This document shows, in pieces, positions 35,801 through 50,400 of a DNA stretch of 64,000 nt (its first letter is position 1; each line of letters begins with the position of its first letter). The position numbers and the translations under genes are program-made. Origin of the DNA: Hyphochytrium catenoides (lineage: Eukaryota; Protista; Hyphochytriomycota); the NCBI GenBank assembly GCA_900088475.1, contig FLMG01001143.1, forward strand, positions 1 to 64,000, written 5' to 3'. The notes under the pieces are model-generated. The model was not told the DNA's origin, made no database searches, and saw only the letters and a program-made list of their open reading frames with translations.

Positions 35801-38302
35801 CGCGCAAACTCAAATCTTTCATTCGCAGATAATGGACATGGGACGCAAGCAAAAACTAGAAACATTACGGAAAAATGAGCCAAACCTCACTGAAACGCCG
35901 GGACTGTCTAGTGCAGGACAAAATAGAGGTATGCTTATTCCCTTCGTTCGAGATATCTGTGCTCAACTTATTCTGCAGTAGATGTCGAAGAAGCGTTGAG
36001 CGCATCGCCGAAGCAAGCTATCCCGCAAGAGCCCGAAAAGGAGTATGGCAGTATTTGGTCTAATTTGAAGGAGGTCCAGGCGAAGGACCCCATGCCTGTA
36101 GTTGCGATTGCAGCTAGCGAACTATTGTCACGTCTGAGTGCTACAATCCCTTTGGTAAGTAGAGAGTCCGGTTCAGTAGAGAGGCTATTGAACGTTAAGT
36201 GGCATGCACCTTTCCACAAAGTAGCGGCCCCGAAAGGAAACCGAGAATTCAGTTTCAACCAGGCGCAGCAGCTCCTCAGCATCCATGGACGCCAGCCGGG
36301 AGGTTGATGGGCCCAATGCCGTGTTACCTGGAGTTTCTCAATCCTTAGATAAGCCAAGTGCTACAGATGGCAAGAGCAGAACTCAAGACGATCATAAGGA
36401 TCTTCTAGCTCTACTTTCAAAGAGCAATCCTCAGCAACCCCCAGCAGAAGCGCTAGAAAACCGCCCGGCTAGTGGAGCAGTCTTACGATATGGAGCACGG
36501 TCACTAGATTTGCCCTTAGCTCTGAAATCTAACCTCTTCGCGTGGAGTCGCATGAAGTTTTCCATACCGAAGTTTGACGGTGTTGAGGTACGCTCAACAT
36601 ATCGCCGTGTCAGAAGGCCTGCCATAATAGATAAATTTTTAGGTCGTTGAAGATCCACTGAGCAACGTAGGCGCCGCCCGGGCATGCCGTTTGCGCCGCA
36701 ATGCACGTGTGTTACGGGAGGCGGAATCTCTATTGGGTGCCAACAAAAAACGGGAACGGTCTGGAACGAGTATTGGAGCGATATCTCCAACCTCTGGGTC
36801 ATCAGGGCCAGGTACTGCTCAGCATTTTCTAGATCCTGTTAACTATTTAGTGGCCATTGGTTTTATGTGACTCACCAGCCGCATCGTCTTGCTAACTCTA
36901 GGTGTCTCAAGAACTTTTGGATCTAGAAAGCAGTTCAAGCTGGAGCAGTCTGTCATAATAGAGAATGACTCGCAGATGACGTCCTTGCTATTGTTCCATC
37001 CGTTTGAGAGCATGCTAGTTGTAGCAGACGAAAAGGACTCGCTGACTGTATGGAACTTCGAAGACGGAGAGCAGCTCATAAAGTTTTCTAACAAAAATTC
37101 AGTCAGGTACCCTCCCTTACTTTGTGGCCCCGAAGTGCGTCTCCCTTATGCCAGTGTCGCAGATCACGTCTAACTTCCTTACAATGGATGAATGGGAACG
37201 AGGAGTCGTTGTTGCTTGCCGGCTCTGATGATGGTGTTGTCCGATGTTGGCATGGTTTGCATGACATAAGGATATCCAAGCCTCCTTCTCTGCTGACAGC
37301 GTTCAACGCTGTTCCGGATCTAGAGCCAGGTAAGTGTCTGCATGCGGCGTTGTTTTATATGTTTTGTAAGCCTCTTGACTTGGTGTGGTTGGATAGGTAC
37401 CCGAGGATCAGGGTTAGTAGCAAAATGGCAGCAGCAAGTTGGGCTGCTCTATGCAGGTGGCAATTCAACCCATCTTCGAGTCTGGGACCTTAGTAGCGAG
37501 AAACTAGCTGTTGCCGGTAAGACATAGAAAGCAAGTGCTGTGACACGAGGGTTAATCTATGCAACTTCTCCCGCCAGTGCCCACCGGACTTAAGACATGT
37601 GTGACTGCACTAACGGCAGACGACAGTCAGGAGGGGTTGATAGTCGCAGGCAGTGGTGACGGATCTATCCGGCTTTATGACCGACGAATACCTCCGGAAG
37701 GCTCGCTTGTGTGCTCACTCAACGAGCATCGGGCATGGGTGGTAAACACCCATATAACACCTGGTGGGTCCTGTACTGGTGTAGGTGATCCCCTGACCTC
37801 AGGCGTGGCTTTAAACATAAGCGCTTATACTTAGGAACAACGGAGCTTTTATCTGGTTGTGTGACTGGGGAGATCAAGTTCTGGGATCTCCGGGTATTGG
37901 GCTCATCCATCAAGACAGTAGAGGCACACCGTTCACCTATGACGGCGATGGCTGTGCATAACTATGCACCTGTGATTGCTAGGTAACAGTAAGCGCTCCA
38001 AACTTCTCTCGCCAACAAACTAACAACCATCGGTCCTACCAGTGGCTCACACAACCAGTTCATAAAAATATTTAATATGGATGGCGATACGTTGGGTATG
38101 ATTCGCTATCACGAGGGTTTCTTGGGTCAGGTGAGGGCTTGATGTTGTTACTTCACCAGCAGCAGTTTGAGTAACATCGTGGCCTCTCTAATTACAGCGT
38201 ATTGGACCGGTCTCATGCCTTGCCTTTCATCCCCACAAGCTCTACCTCGCGGCAGGAGCGACTGACTCGATTGTTTCTGTTTACTCTCACCATGAGAGAT
38301 AA
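32817..38302 (+). CDS. RPTOR: Regulatory-associated protein of TOR (Raptor/KOG1), multi-exon
   Basis: RNC domain [26 protein letters not shown]...[15 protein letters not shown]...YIPLSIYDL; [12 protein letters not shown]; [22 protein letters not shown]; [10 protein letters not shown]; HEAT region; WD40 end [37 protein letters not shown] 32817 has an in-frame upstream stop. Confidence 0.95.
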
Positions 38303-38439
38303 GAGGAAAATGGCGAACCCCACGAGGAATTTTTTGACTTAACCTTATTTGGTGTCTTTTATAAATAACTATTTATCTAAATTCTGTCTCATGTCCAGTG
38401 AGCTCGTACTCATAGAAGAGCATCATCCATTCAGTGATG

Positions 38440-41400
38440 CTATCGCTCATATCCCGCCCGCTTCGGTCGTGATTTGACGACTGACTCGATTGGCGGCAAC
38501 AGTACAAACTCATTCTCAGTCCGTGGACTGGTGACGACGTCAGTAGCAGTCTTAGTCTTCTGCTGCTGTATATTCTTTTTCCGCTGGTGCAATTTACCGA
38601 AGGGTTCACGTTTAGCCCCTTGAGGCTGGTCGTCCTCTGGCTGCAACGGACCTCTTTTGCGTTTGTGCATTTCAGTGTTCTCGATGATCTTCAGGTACCG
38701 AAATCGTGTCCTAATCTCGGTGACGATAGACTCCGAGATGGCATCACAGTTGGTGATGTTTAGCTCCTTCAGCTCCGCACAGTGACAAGTCAGTGCTTCA
38801 ATACTCTTGGCGGTGATCTTTCGACACCATGTGAGATTGATGACTTGCAGGGCCAGACTATCTCTCGCTAAGCTAGTGATACCTTCATCCGTGACCAAGT
38901 AGCAGTTTGAGATGTCTAATCTCTCAAGCCAAAGGTTATGACCTATGGCTTTAATGGCAGTATCTCCGACATTGCGACAAAGCGCTAGGCCAAGATCCTG
39001 GACTTTTCTGCACTCATCTACCAGCTTGATAATTGCAGCCTCTGATATGTTGATGCACCCGCTAAGATCGAGAGACTGGATAAGTCTGAGCTTCGATTGT
39101 ATGCAATCGAGTGCAACGTCAGTGATTTGATGGCAATGGGCTAAGCGCAGATGGCGAATTTTTTCGCCACGGGGTTGCCCATTGTCTGGATGCTCCGTCA
39201 GCCAGATAATTCCTTGGTTGCTGATCAGCTCACAGCCGCTTAGATCTAGAAACTCTAAGTCAACTGCCCTCTTTGATATCGCCGCCACCCCTATCAGTTT
39301 GTTCCGAAGTGAGGTACTTTGCCAAGTAAGGGTCTACACGGGACAACAACGCGCTCGGGTACCTTCGTCATTAATCCGGGTGCAACCTGAGATATCCACA
39401 GTCACCAACGCTCGGAGCATGTTGTTATCTGCTGCAGGGCGACCATCTCCGATGGCATCAAACTGGAAAGTGGTGTTGGTTATCTGAGAGCAGTCACTCA
39501 TTTTCAAAGTCTTCAAGCTCCAGCAGTTATGAGTAATAGCAATGCCAGCACCTATTGTAAAGGTTAGTATTTCCGGGAAGGACTAAGGGTATCGGAAAGT
39601 ACCATCAGCCAAATGATCGCAGCTGCTAACATCAAGGACCACCAGCTTAGTGCATCGTCGAACCAGCCCTATTATGCCCAGATCTGTGATCCTTCGACAG
39701 CCCGCCAGATAAAGCTCAGTAAAGAAGGTGCCATCCACCCCTTTGGCTAGAGCGAGTAAACCTTCACTGGTGATTTGGAGGCAATAGCTCACGTCAAGCT
39801 TGACCAGCATTTGGAGCTACAGCCGTCTCACGTTGGTTAAAGTATCATTCAACCATGACCTATCAACAAGCCTATACCTGTTCAGCTATGGCCGCCACCG
39901 CACGGTCCGTTAAAAGTTCGCAGCCACGTAGGTCAAGGCGTTGAAGCAAGCGGCATCTATTCAAGGGAACGGGTAGAATAAGTCGAACGCACTCGAAGAT
40001 CGAAGAGAATTTCACTGAACATACCTCTGGGCGCAAGACTTCAATCCCGAATCCGTGAGCGCAGAGCACCAACTTACATTAAGAGTCTGCAGTTGTTGAC
40101 AGTTTTCTCCAAGATGAGTAAGGAGGCGGTCCCTGACCTCCGTCAGCCCCTCTGCTGCAAACTCTTCAAGGTTGGGCAAAAAGGCAATCGACCTCATGAT
40201 GGCGTCCTCCTTCAGTTTCTCACACTTACTTATTCGGATTGACTCAAGATCTCTAAGATTATCCGCAATAAGCACCAAGTCTTCATCGGCGATATCACAA
40301 GAGGAAGACATATCAACAACTTTCCTGGCATCGAACAGCATAATACAGGGGTGAGCTACGACGAGACGTCTAGATCTGCTACCCTATTGACCCACCGATT
40401 TCCATCTGACTCCTGCAGCAGCACCAGTAACGCGACCACCGAGGGTGATGAGATCTTGGTGAGCCACGACAGGTCCGTGCTGCCATCTCCGAAAAAGGCG
40501 GGCTGGTGGCTCAATACATTCTTTATCATTTCAGCGGCCACTTCCATCTATATTGCAGCGGTAAGAAGGTAAATCCCTAACTACAGTATGCCTCAAAGAC
40601 GCGATACCTGGAAAGGATCCACCGTATGGAGCAATGAGAATCGACGTATACATTGTCCTAGTTCCTCAACAGGGAGATGGTCGGCAAACGAAAAGTTCTT
40701 TCGTAATGCAACCACTGCACGATAGGCCTGTATATATACCCCCGTGAGGGTGTGGGGAAAGAAAGACCGAGAGCTAAGTCGATGCCAATATCTCAGATGA
40801 CAGCCTTTATGCGCATACCTTGCAGCAAAGGTCCGCATAGCGTCGGTCCGCCGGAAGAGTACGAATTAACTCCGCAATGGCGGCAGGATTTTCAAGCGTG
40901 GATAGGACTTGGATCCCTGCCAGCACCTAGTAAGGGATCGCCAACGTCAGGGTTAACAACAAGATGCTGCTCTACAGTCTGAAGGCTTAGCACAGTTAGC
41001 TCTACCCTTTGCTCGAATATGCTTGGTGTTACATCTCTAGCAGCGTTTTTTAAGGAGCAGCACAAATTTTCTGCGAAACTCTTCATTGCTTGAGCGTTAT
41101 CTGACGCCTGGTGCAGAGCGACTGCCATATGTCGGGATGCCTGATCGAGAATTCTCTCTACAACATTGCACGTGGGCCAGTAAGAGATAGTGATATAACC
41201 ATTAGCCAGGCGGCAAGAAAAGGAAACAACTACTAAACCCCCAGTTTAAAAACCCGGTAGGACCTGACGTGGCGCTTCTGCTTTGGGTGCCTGAAATGTA
41301 ATGAACCCGCACCCGCTCTCCGGGAAGACAGGATAGATACACTGCGACTTGTGCCACCATGCCATCCCAGTGTTTAGTACCGGACCGACTCCCTGACGAA

Positions 41401-44400
41401 GAGCAGGATCCTCCTATGCGAAGAGGCTTGGCAACCTACGTTGGACAAGTCAAAGATGAAGTTATCCTGAAAAAGCTCCAACAATGCACCCTACCATCTC
41501 CTCCGCAAGGGCTCTCTCCTCCAAATCCTCTAGAATCCAATCTTCCCGTTGCGCTTTAGACTTCTTCTCTATAACGTCGGTCTTCGCCATGTACAGCTGC
41601 TCGATGTAGTCCACTTTAATTTTTTGGGTTATTTCCTTCTTCGACGGTACCGCTATTTCTACATAGCAGATAATCTCAATTCCTGGTATTTACCATGCAA
41701 CACGAAGCGAAGGAGGCTCATGCAACCTATATTACCTTTATTCTGTAATCGTTTCATTTCAAAGGCGTCGAGAGCCTGCCGACTCTGGGTAACAAGGTAC
41801 CGCGCTCCAGCCTGCAAGACGGAAACAGGCGCAGGCAGCCAGTGGGTAACGAAGAATGGCACGTAAAAAGGAAGACATACCTTCGACTCAAAGAAAGCGT
41901 CCGATTCCGCCCTTGCCTCGTCTTTTGCAGCGTCTCTAGCTATTGACTCTTTCCTAGTGAGTTCCTCTTCGTCTTTCACCTATGTCTGCTGGTTACCAAG
42001 CTTAACCGGTGCAACATAAAACGAAGTTATTCCTACCCTCTTGCTACGCTTGTTTTTGACCATAGATATCAGGAGATGCCGGAGCTCCCTAGGACGAATA
42101 TATGAAAGTTGAAGAACTCATCAGCAACAGAAATGGCTGCAGGATGCTTCATACAGTGCTAACGGAAAAACGCACCTTTGTTTCTCAAGTCTACCATTGA
42201 CGTAGAGAAAGACATTCGTGCCATCAAAACTTCCTACCACATGGGTCCAAAGCCCGGCCTGAGCTTGAGGACCCGTAAGGCGTACCTGAAGACTCCGCTC
42301 GCAGACAACGAAACACCAAGTCTCGTCCTTTGTCAATATTATTGAGAACTTTCCCATCGCCACGCAGACTCTAACCGTGCCTTTAGCTCCGTTCGGCCTG
42401 GCCCAGCACTCCGCGGAGAAATGCTGGTCAGACGTTTCTGGTTTAGCGGCGCAAGACGGAGTCAGTCAAATTGCAGGGCTATTTTTGCACGGCTGGCCTT
42501 ACTTATATGCAGTGGTTCATAGTAGTTAAAGTCCACGCGGCTTTCGGACTCGCGCTTCATCTCTATGGCGAGATTAAGTTCCTCATTTACGATTGGTCCT
42601 TTGCATTCTAAGCCCACCGACTTCTCATATACCCTGCGAAGACAAGAGTATCCTGTAATTCTCCTCTGCACAGCAAAGACAGGAGGAACAGGGAGATCGA
42701 AAGATGAAGGTCATACCCTGTTAGTTGTTCTCCCGCGTCACCCCAGTTCTTGGCAAAAGCAGCTCCCCGTCTCTCAGTGAACCTCCAGTACCCCACTGGT
42801 CGATCCTCCAGCACTAGACGATGGTACAATTGTTCTTGAACAACCTAAATCGCAAACGTTATTATGTAAAACGCCTTCTGCCACCAACAATCGCAGGACC
42901 TTTGCGGAACTTGTGAGCCACCGTCCTAGTGAAAGCTCCAGCATTGGGGTGTTGCCTTTAGTCCTGCAAATCAGCCTTTGACGATTGATAAGATCATCCA
43001 CGGTGAGTTGAAAGCCTGCTGGATTGAGAGAAAGACTGTCAAGGGTGTCTGGCTGCATCTGAAAGCCCATCATCTCTTGCATCCGCTGCATGATATAAGG
43101 CAATCGAGGTATTGAAGTCTGATGTAGATTCCATCTTTCTACCCTTGATATACTGCAATCTCCAAACCGTGACCTGGTGATAGAAAAGACCTATCAGCTA
43201 CTTAATACGGCCGAGAGGTACGCCAATTGTTGACTTGACGTGTCATACCGCAGCCCAAGGAAAACCTCAGTGAACCAGAAGTCATAGTAGCCCGAACATG
43301 CTCCCGTCAGCTTGTTGAGTAGGTCCAGTAGGAGACCATATTGAAGATGAGGGGTGACAACCTTCGTGGTTTTGGCAAGCTCTCGCAACTGGAATCGGAT
43401 CAGGTTTTTAACAGTCCTCGCAACCATTTCTGCCAGGATCAGCGACCGCAGCTCAGATGAGTTTTCTTCTTTATCAACCTCTCCTGCGAAGACCTGTGCA
43501 CGATGTACGTTACCACCGACGGTGCAGCGGCCGACGTAGGAATTATGAACGCAGCTCACCTCAACGTCTCGACAAGAATCTCCCATGTACGGGCGGTTCA
43601 GGTATATTAGTTTGTCTGAAAACTCATCTTTTAAATCGGTGCTCACACGATAGAGCTCGCCCTTAATTCTCAGCTAAATAAGAAGGAGTACATCTTTAGA
43701 CAAAGAGAGTGTGAGGACATGGATTGGAGTCACCTGTCGTCCGCGTCCAGTTTCCTGCGTCAGGTCCTCACTTGTCAGTACTCTACGGTCGCCATACATT
43801 AGTGTGACTGTTCCCCGTAACTTGACCCAAAAGCACTTGCGCAGAAGTCCAAGATGCCGAATATTGATTCCCCTCCGATGCATTTCCCCTGTCAGGTCCA
43901 GTCCAGCTAGTGTAGTGCGGCCAGCCAAGAGCTGGGCAAACGCAGGCACAGTCTCCTCAAGCAGCCTAGAAGAGCAAGGTATAGTGAGTTCTGGGTGGGG
44001 CGAAGCTTGAAACGTTATCGGAGAGGGTCAGGACGTATTACTGTCCTGGTACCTCCTGGTTGCTTCTGCAACTCTTTCAATATGCTCCTCAGCATCCGGC
44101 ATGTGAAAGGTGATAAGGTTGTTAGCATCGGACGAGAGCGGTTGATCGTTCTGCTTTAAATACTCAGGTCTCAGAAACCTCCATAAAATCGACATCCCTC
44201 TCTCCACCTTCGGGAGATGGTCGGACACTAGAAAGGGGCAGAGAAGGTAAGCGTTATAACGTAAGTTTTCTCTATATGTTTACATACCAAGAGGGTCCTC
44301 AGGAGGAAAGGTTCTGGCAAAGTTTGTCAAGAAGAAGGAGCCGTCGTGTCCCAAATAGCCTCGGGTATCACAGGGAGTGTACAGAGTCCGCATCGTCATA

Positions 44401-47400
44401 TCTTTACTACCTATACCAAATAAACCGGTAAGAGGGATTGGCGTAGAGCAAACTAGACGACGACATACCTTTGACATGGTGCTTTGCAAGGCGTAACTTT
44501 TCTGCAACGGCTTCCAACTTCATGTCCAACAGTTTGTTACTATTGACTACCGTCGCTCCTTTGTCGGAAGTGCCTAGCACCAATTCTAGCTCCGTTTGTT
44601 TCAGCTCGCCATTATCTGTGACTCGAGTAGTAACGATGGGCAGTACGGAGCTAGCATGCACTCGAAAGCCACAAATGTCGATGGTTGCTTGTAAAGGGAC
44701 CACGATGTCTGGCAGCCCCAAGGCAATATATGCTGCAGAGCCTCTGATATCACTACCGTGAAACTTTGCCGCATATTCATCGGAGCCGTTGAAGACACCG
44801 TGATCATCGACGCCGATTTTGAAACGGATATTTGACGCCTAACAGTTGTAACGTTTTAGACTAACGACCAGGACTAAGTATGAAGCAAACATCGCATTTG
44901 AGAAATAGCAACAAACTATCCTCGGGAGAGTCGTAAGAAAGAATACTAGAAGATGCCTATTTGGCCCCACAATAAATTTATAGCGTCTGCGATTGCGCAC
45001 TCCATCCTGGCGTCCATCGGTGGGTTTCTCAACGGCCGGTTTGATGGTCTTCATGTGAATTGGGAGGAAAAGCTCATCGATAATGGTTTCCGCATGTTTC
45101 AGTGCGACATCCATAAAATCTTGATAAACAGAATGGAGCTGTTCATACTTCGTACGTCCTTCTTCAGCCGTATTCTCAAGAAGAGCCATGGCTGCAGCGT
45201 GCCTGCGTTGCAGAGGACCGACTTTAGGTAGAGTATTTTAGCAGAGATTTGATACAAGCACTCGCGACCTTTCATGCCAGTTCGTCCTATGTGCCTGTTG
45301 CAGATCTAGCTTCTCCGGATTGAAAGTTGGCTCAGACTTTATCAATGCATCTTCGAGAGCTTGCTCTGCCGCGGAAAAGGCATGTATTGCTATGCTTGTC
45401 GCTCTAATGGCCTCCAGCATCGCCCTTTGCTTACGCTCATAGTCATCCTTTTTCGCAGCAATTTCTCTCGTCGCCTGCCCACAAAATTCGCCATTAGTAG
45501 TTCATATTTGCCTGCATGGAAAATAACCAAAGCTCTACCATTTGTGAGCTGCTGGCACCGGAAATTAAAGCTTTGGCAACCATCCCTCCCTTGCGAAGAT
45601 TTGCTTTGTTTGTGAGGAAGGACTTCTCTCCCTCCTTCAGGGCCAGGTACTCAATGATCTTATCGTGCTGTCTCCTCATATCCTCTGTCCTATTGTGAGA
45701 GCGTGTCAAGCTACTGGTAGAAGGTGGGTAGAGCGTGCCAAATAGAGCTTCCACTAGTAAAATGGGAGGAAAGAACTTTTACCTTGATGCCAAGAGTCCA
45801 TACTCAAAATCACTATGGTAGATGTTTATGAGCGCTGTGGCCACTTCCCGGGCTCCTCTTCGTATACGAAAATGGTTCTGCGAATAAGACGTTATCATGA
45901 TACCAGACTGCTGCACCTTTATGCCACCACGCTTCGTAGTACTCTACCTCAAGGTCCCACTGCAGGGCCTCCATATCTATAAACCTGCTTCTGCCCTTTC
46001 TAAAATTGTTGACATAGTCTAACAACAGGCGTTTCGTGGGTAGCTCAAGCAAGAGCTGATCCACCTTGTACCGCGACATACTTGCAGAAACGGATTGTAG
46101 CCTATAGAAGATGGAGAGGAAATGAGACCATAGAATCAAAGCTGCCCACGACATTATCTTTTACACCTTGCCATTAGCATATCCGTCGGTGGCTGGGGAT
46201 CCCCAAGCTCTTCAGCGGCTTCTAGCTCGTCAGAGGAGAGGCCAATCCGATAAAGCGAAGATGGGAACTCCCCGGCAATCATCTTCTTTACTCTAGTGCG
46301 GGTGAGGTCCTCACGAACCGTGTCCGGGTCCACAAGCTGGTCTTTATACATTGCGATAAGACGAGGAATGTCTACTACCCCAAAGTCTTCGTTCTTCCCA
46401 GTGCATAGGTCTTGCATCGGTATCACGGTAGGCTCTGGATCCCTGGATTCTTGAAGTTGCGTTTCTATCCCCAATTTGAACGTCGCTTTAGAGTCTGCCA
46501 CTGTGTTTGTGGACTCTTGCCCAACAAATCCTTCAGCGAATTCTTTACCCTTGAACACTGCGAATCCAGAAAAACTATAGGTCAGTGCCGTGCTGAAGAG
46601 TACAAGTATCATCGACATTGTGGTACCAGCTTCTTCCTCTGGGTCGAAACGCTCTACTGCTTGCTGAAGAAAAGTGGTCGGTACTTTCGAGGTGACCGCT
46701 TGTTCGATCAGGAGTTGGACTTCCTTCGAGACTGATGCCTGGCCTCCAGTTAGGTGATATCCCTTGTCTTTTTCCATCTCCGCAAAGCGTTGGATGACCT
46801 ATCATTATCGTGAGGATGTCAAGTGTAAGACGTCAAGGCCTTTTCCTGCTCCTAGAACGTCAATGATTTTCTCCAAAGTCATATGAACACTTAGGAAAGA
46901 AGATAGGATAATAGGTGATAGAGCAAATGAGGTATCGCCTCACCTCTTTAAGTGCCTCCTGGACTTCCTCCTCTGTCATCAACCTGAAAACGAAGTCCCT
47001 GTCCACGGGATGGCCCGCCGCTCGAAGTTTCATTTGTCTCATCCTCACCCTAGCGTCAAACTTCATTTTGGAAACTCCGGTACCCTAATACATTAGCCTG
47101 CGTTGAGTCATTAGGTCACCATCCTTTGGCGCAACCATAAATACCTTGTCTTTCGCTAGCCAGTCACTTTCAATTTTATCCCGTACTTCTTGTAAAGCTA
47201 TTGCCTTGGCGTGATAGAATGCAAACTTCCGCCTAATAAATAGAGCCTTCGCCTTTCCCATGCGCATTCTAGCGGCAGACTGAATCCTGAAGCACTAGTT
47301 AATACTGAGTTTGAGAGTTGAGATACAGGAGATTAGTAAGCCCCAACCTTATGGCTGCTTGTCGCTCCAAGACGCCGATGCAATACCGCAAGTTTGCTAG

Positions 47401-50400
47401 ATGTCCATGAGACAATGGGATAACATTTGAGAACTTGCTCTTTCCTTTCACAAGGTATTTGGAGTAGTCTGCCTTTGTTGGGTCGTCAGATCCCATAGCT
47501 AAGGCTTTGATGTGACATGCCGTTTTCAGCCCTGGGTTAAGGCAATGTCTATATGTAAGATAATCTCTGGCTATCCTGTGCTTCAGGTCCGTCAAGCCCA
47601 GAACGCCCAGCTCATAGAGATGAACTATCCCCATGTTCTGTCGCTGATACCTGTAATAGGAAAGGGTGAGGTAACGCTTGTGCTGGAGTGGCCAGGCAGA
47701 TGACCCATAACCAGCTCCCAGTTTTGAGGGGCAGGTTGGCATCATATATTCTCACAATTCAGGTTGCTTTGCAGACGAGAAAATAGACGTAGTTTGAGTT
47801 GCATGCGATGCGAGTCACCTGCTATGATAATCATGCTCCCAGTGAGTATGGAAGAGCTGACTTAGAGCCTGAGACGCGCCGAGAACATCGGAGGCCCATA
47901 GTAAAAAGTCGGCCCAACTCATTGAAAAAGCACAAGCTTCCTGGTCCATAACATCCTCCTCTGGCGGAGCGCTAGGGTTGCTCCGCCATCTCGGCTCTTC
48001 AAGCGCGTATTTGCGAGCTCTCCAAGTAATTCGATCAATCAGGTCGTCCAACTCTATTTGACGAACCCGAATTTGCCCAAAGGCAAAGAGCACGATAACC
48101 AGCGACCTTAACAACTCGCGGAAGCTGTCGAACGGCAAAACATTTTGCAAGAGCGGTGCTCTTACTGTTCCCTTCGGGTCTCGCAGGGCTGGAAGCGTTC
48201 CGGAAAAGACAGAGTAGAGAAAATAGAGCTTTTGGCGCAATCCATCATCCGCCAGAGTGGTCAGGGCGACGAGTAGTTCGTCATACTCCACAAAGAAGAA
48301 CTCCGTTAGCGTAAACCGGCTGGTTAACACCTCGAACAAGGGAAGGAACCGCCCTTCAAGCTCCTCAATTCTCTTGGATGATACCTATAAGGACCAAGCA
48401 ACGTGAACCATGGAGGCGGAGATACGACGGGGCCTTATTGCAGATGATCGCGATTGCTGCATATTTTATATCATTTACCATAAAGCCTTCTACTTCCTCA
48501 AAATGGCCCAGCGCTCTTTGAAGAACAGCTTCCTTCGAGCGCACCTTTGACGATGGTAAGGGTAAGGGGTCAACAAACAAGAAACCCTTGAGTTAGTAAA
48601 AGAAGGCTTACCTCTGCTTCGACTGTAAGAAGTTGTGAGCGAAATTGGGCTTCCTTGCCTTTAGAACTCTTCAGTACAGCTTGCTGTAGCTTCTCTGCTT
48701 CCTCCTGCAAAGACATTTCGTGTGAAGAACAAGGTTTTCCAACAAGACCGTTGGATTTTCGGATATGTGAAGTATAACTCACAAGTTCTCTTTTCGCTTT
48801 CTGAACCGCTGAGGTGATGTCTTCTAAACGGTCGGTAGCCATATGGACAAGCCATCGACCCTTCGGATAGTCTCCGGCCAGCATCTGGCTGATTCGGTGC
48901 CTCAAATTAAGGCGTTCGGCAACAACCTTGTGCACCTGTTGAAAAAAATAAGGTGCCAGAAGCAATTATAATATTAGGCTATCGCCTCTCACCTCCTCCT
49001 CTGCCATTCGGATCTTTTCCGCGCATTGCTTCTTTTCCTCTCTTTCTCTTGCCAGTAAAGCCGACTCTTTCGTCCGGCATTCATAAAAGAACATGTCCTC
49101 TGGAGGCAAGGTCTTCTCTGCATTCCTACGGCGGCGTACGCGGTAGCAAGTAAGTTTGATTGGCAGAGCACCTCAGTATGAGTGAAGACGGTGGTCAATG
49201 TGCGTTGTCTACAAAAATAGGGGTTTCCTGTCACTCACTCTTTTTGTCTCAGCAGAACCGTTCGCTCCTTCTCCAGACTTTTCATCACGCTTATCTCCTT
49301 ATTTTGAAGGTTCTTCACCGTTTCGTTCAGTTCAGATATTTTGATATCAAGCGACGTCTCGCTGGCCTTGATCTGACCCTCCTCTATGGCTTTAGCTAGA
49401 TCCTCGGCCTTGTCTTGATCCTTAGCATATCTTTTGCGGACCTCTTCTGTACGTTCTATTCTGTAGCCGAAGAATACGGGCGATAGCAGGGATGGGTCAA
49501 ATTCCGCGGGCAGGGTCCTCTTCTGGATTCGCGGCTCCTTTAGGCTGTTCTTCTGGCCCTGAATGGGGTCATCCCCTAATGTACAAGGGCAAAGGGCAGT
49601 GTTACTGGTCGAGGAAGGGAAAGACAATGGTCTTCAGGCGGTCGATATATGGAGTCAGGTCGGTCAAGTCCTTGTGTACCGCACGGTGTCTTACCACTTT
49701 CCTTCGTCAAATTATTGGCGTCACTCTTTGATCCGCTTCCTCTGCCATTGTTATCTTGACTGGCCTGAACCTCAATTATAGTAGCCGAGCCTTCATCAGG
49801 TTCTTGCTCCTCAACCTCGGAATCTGAGTCGCTCTCACTGTCGTCAGTGTAGCCGTCAAATTCATACTTTTGCTTTGGAGGGAGGACAATGTCTCCCTAC
49901 ACCGAGCACGGGACAAAGTTTAGCTATCTCCATTTGGAGCAATCTATGCCCTATAATCTATAATGACTCCCAACTCTTCCATTTGCTCGATATGCTTCAC
50001 TATTTGACACCCATGTGCCTATTCCTCGTCCCCTGTCCGCATGGGGTCTCCACGGCCTTTAGCCATGTTGTGAGGATGGCAAATGTACCGTATTTTGCCC
50101 TCGCCAGTGGGAAAAAGGAGACACAACGCCGTCTCTCCACCTCCTGACCGGTCAAGCATAAGCTTGTCGCCCGGTCCTGAGGGTTAGCCTTCGTCGACAT
50201 CTTTCTCCTCATTTTGAAGCCCATCTAACTTCTTCCTTACCTTCCGGTACTCTGCAAGCTTCTCATAGAGCTTCTCATCCGTTGTAAGGTGATAACCAAG
50301 CGCGGCAGGGTGGACCGATTCGAATCTCTGCTCTCTCTCTCTATCCAAACTCAGCTGCATAATTCTGCGCGCTGCCTGGAAGTATAACCCCCAGGTGACC

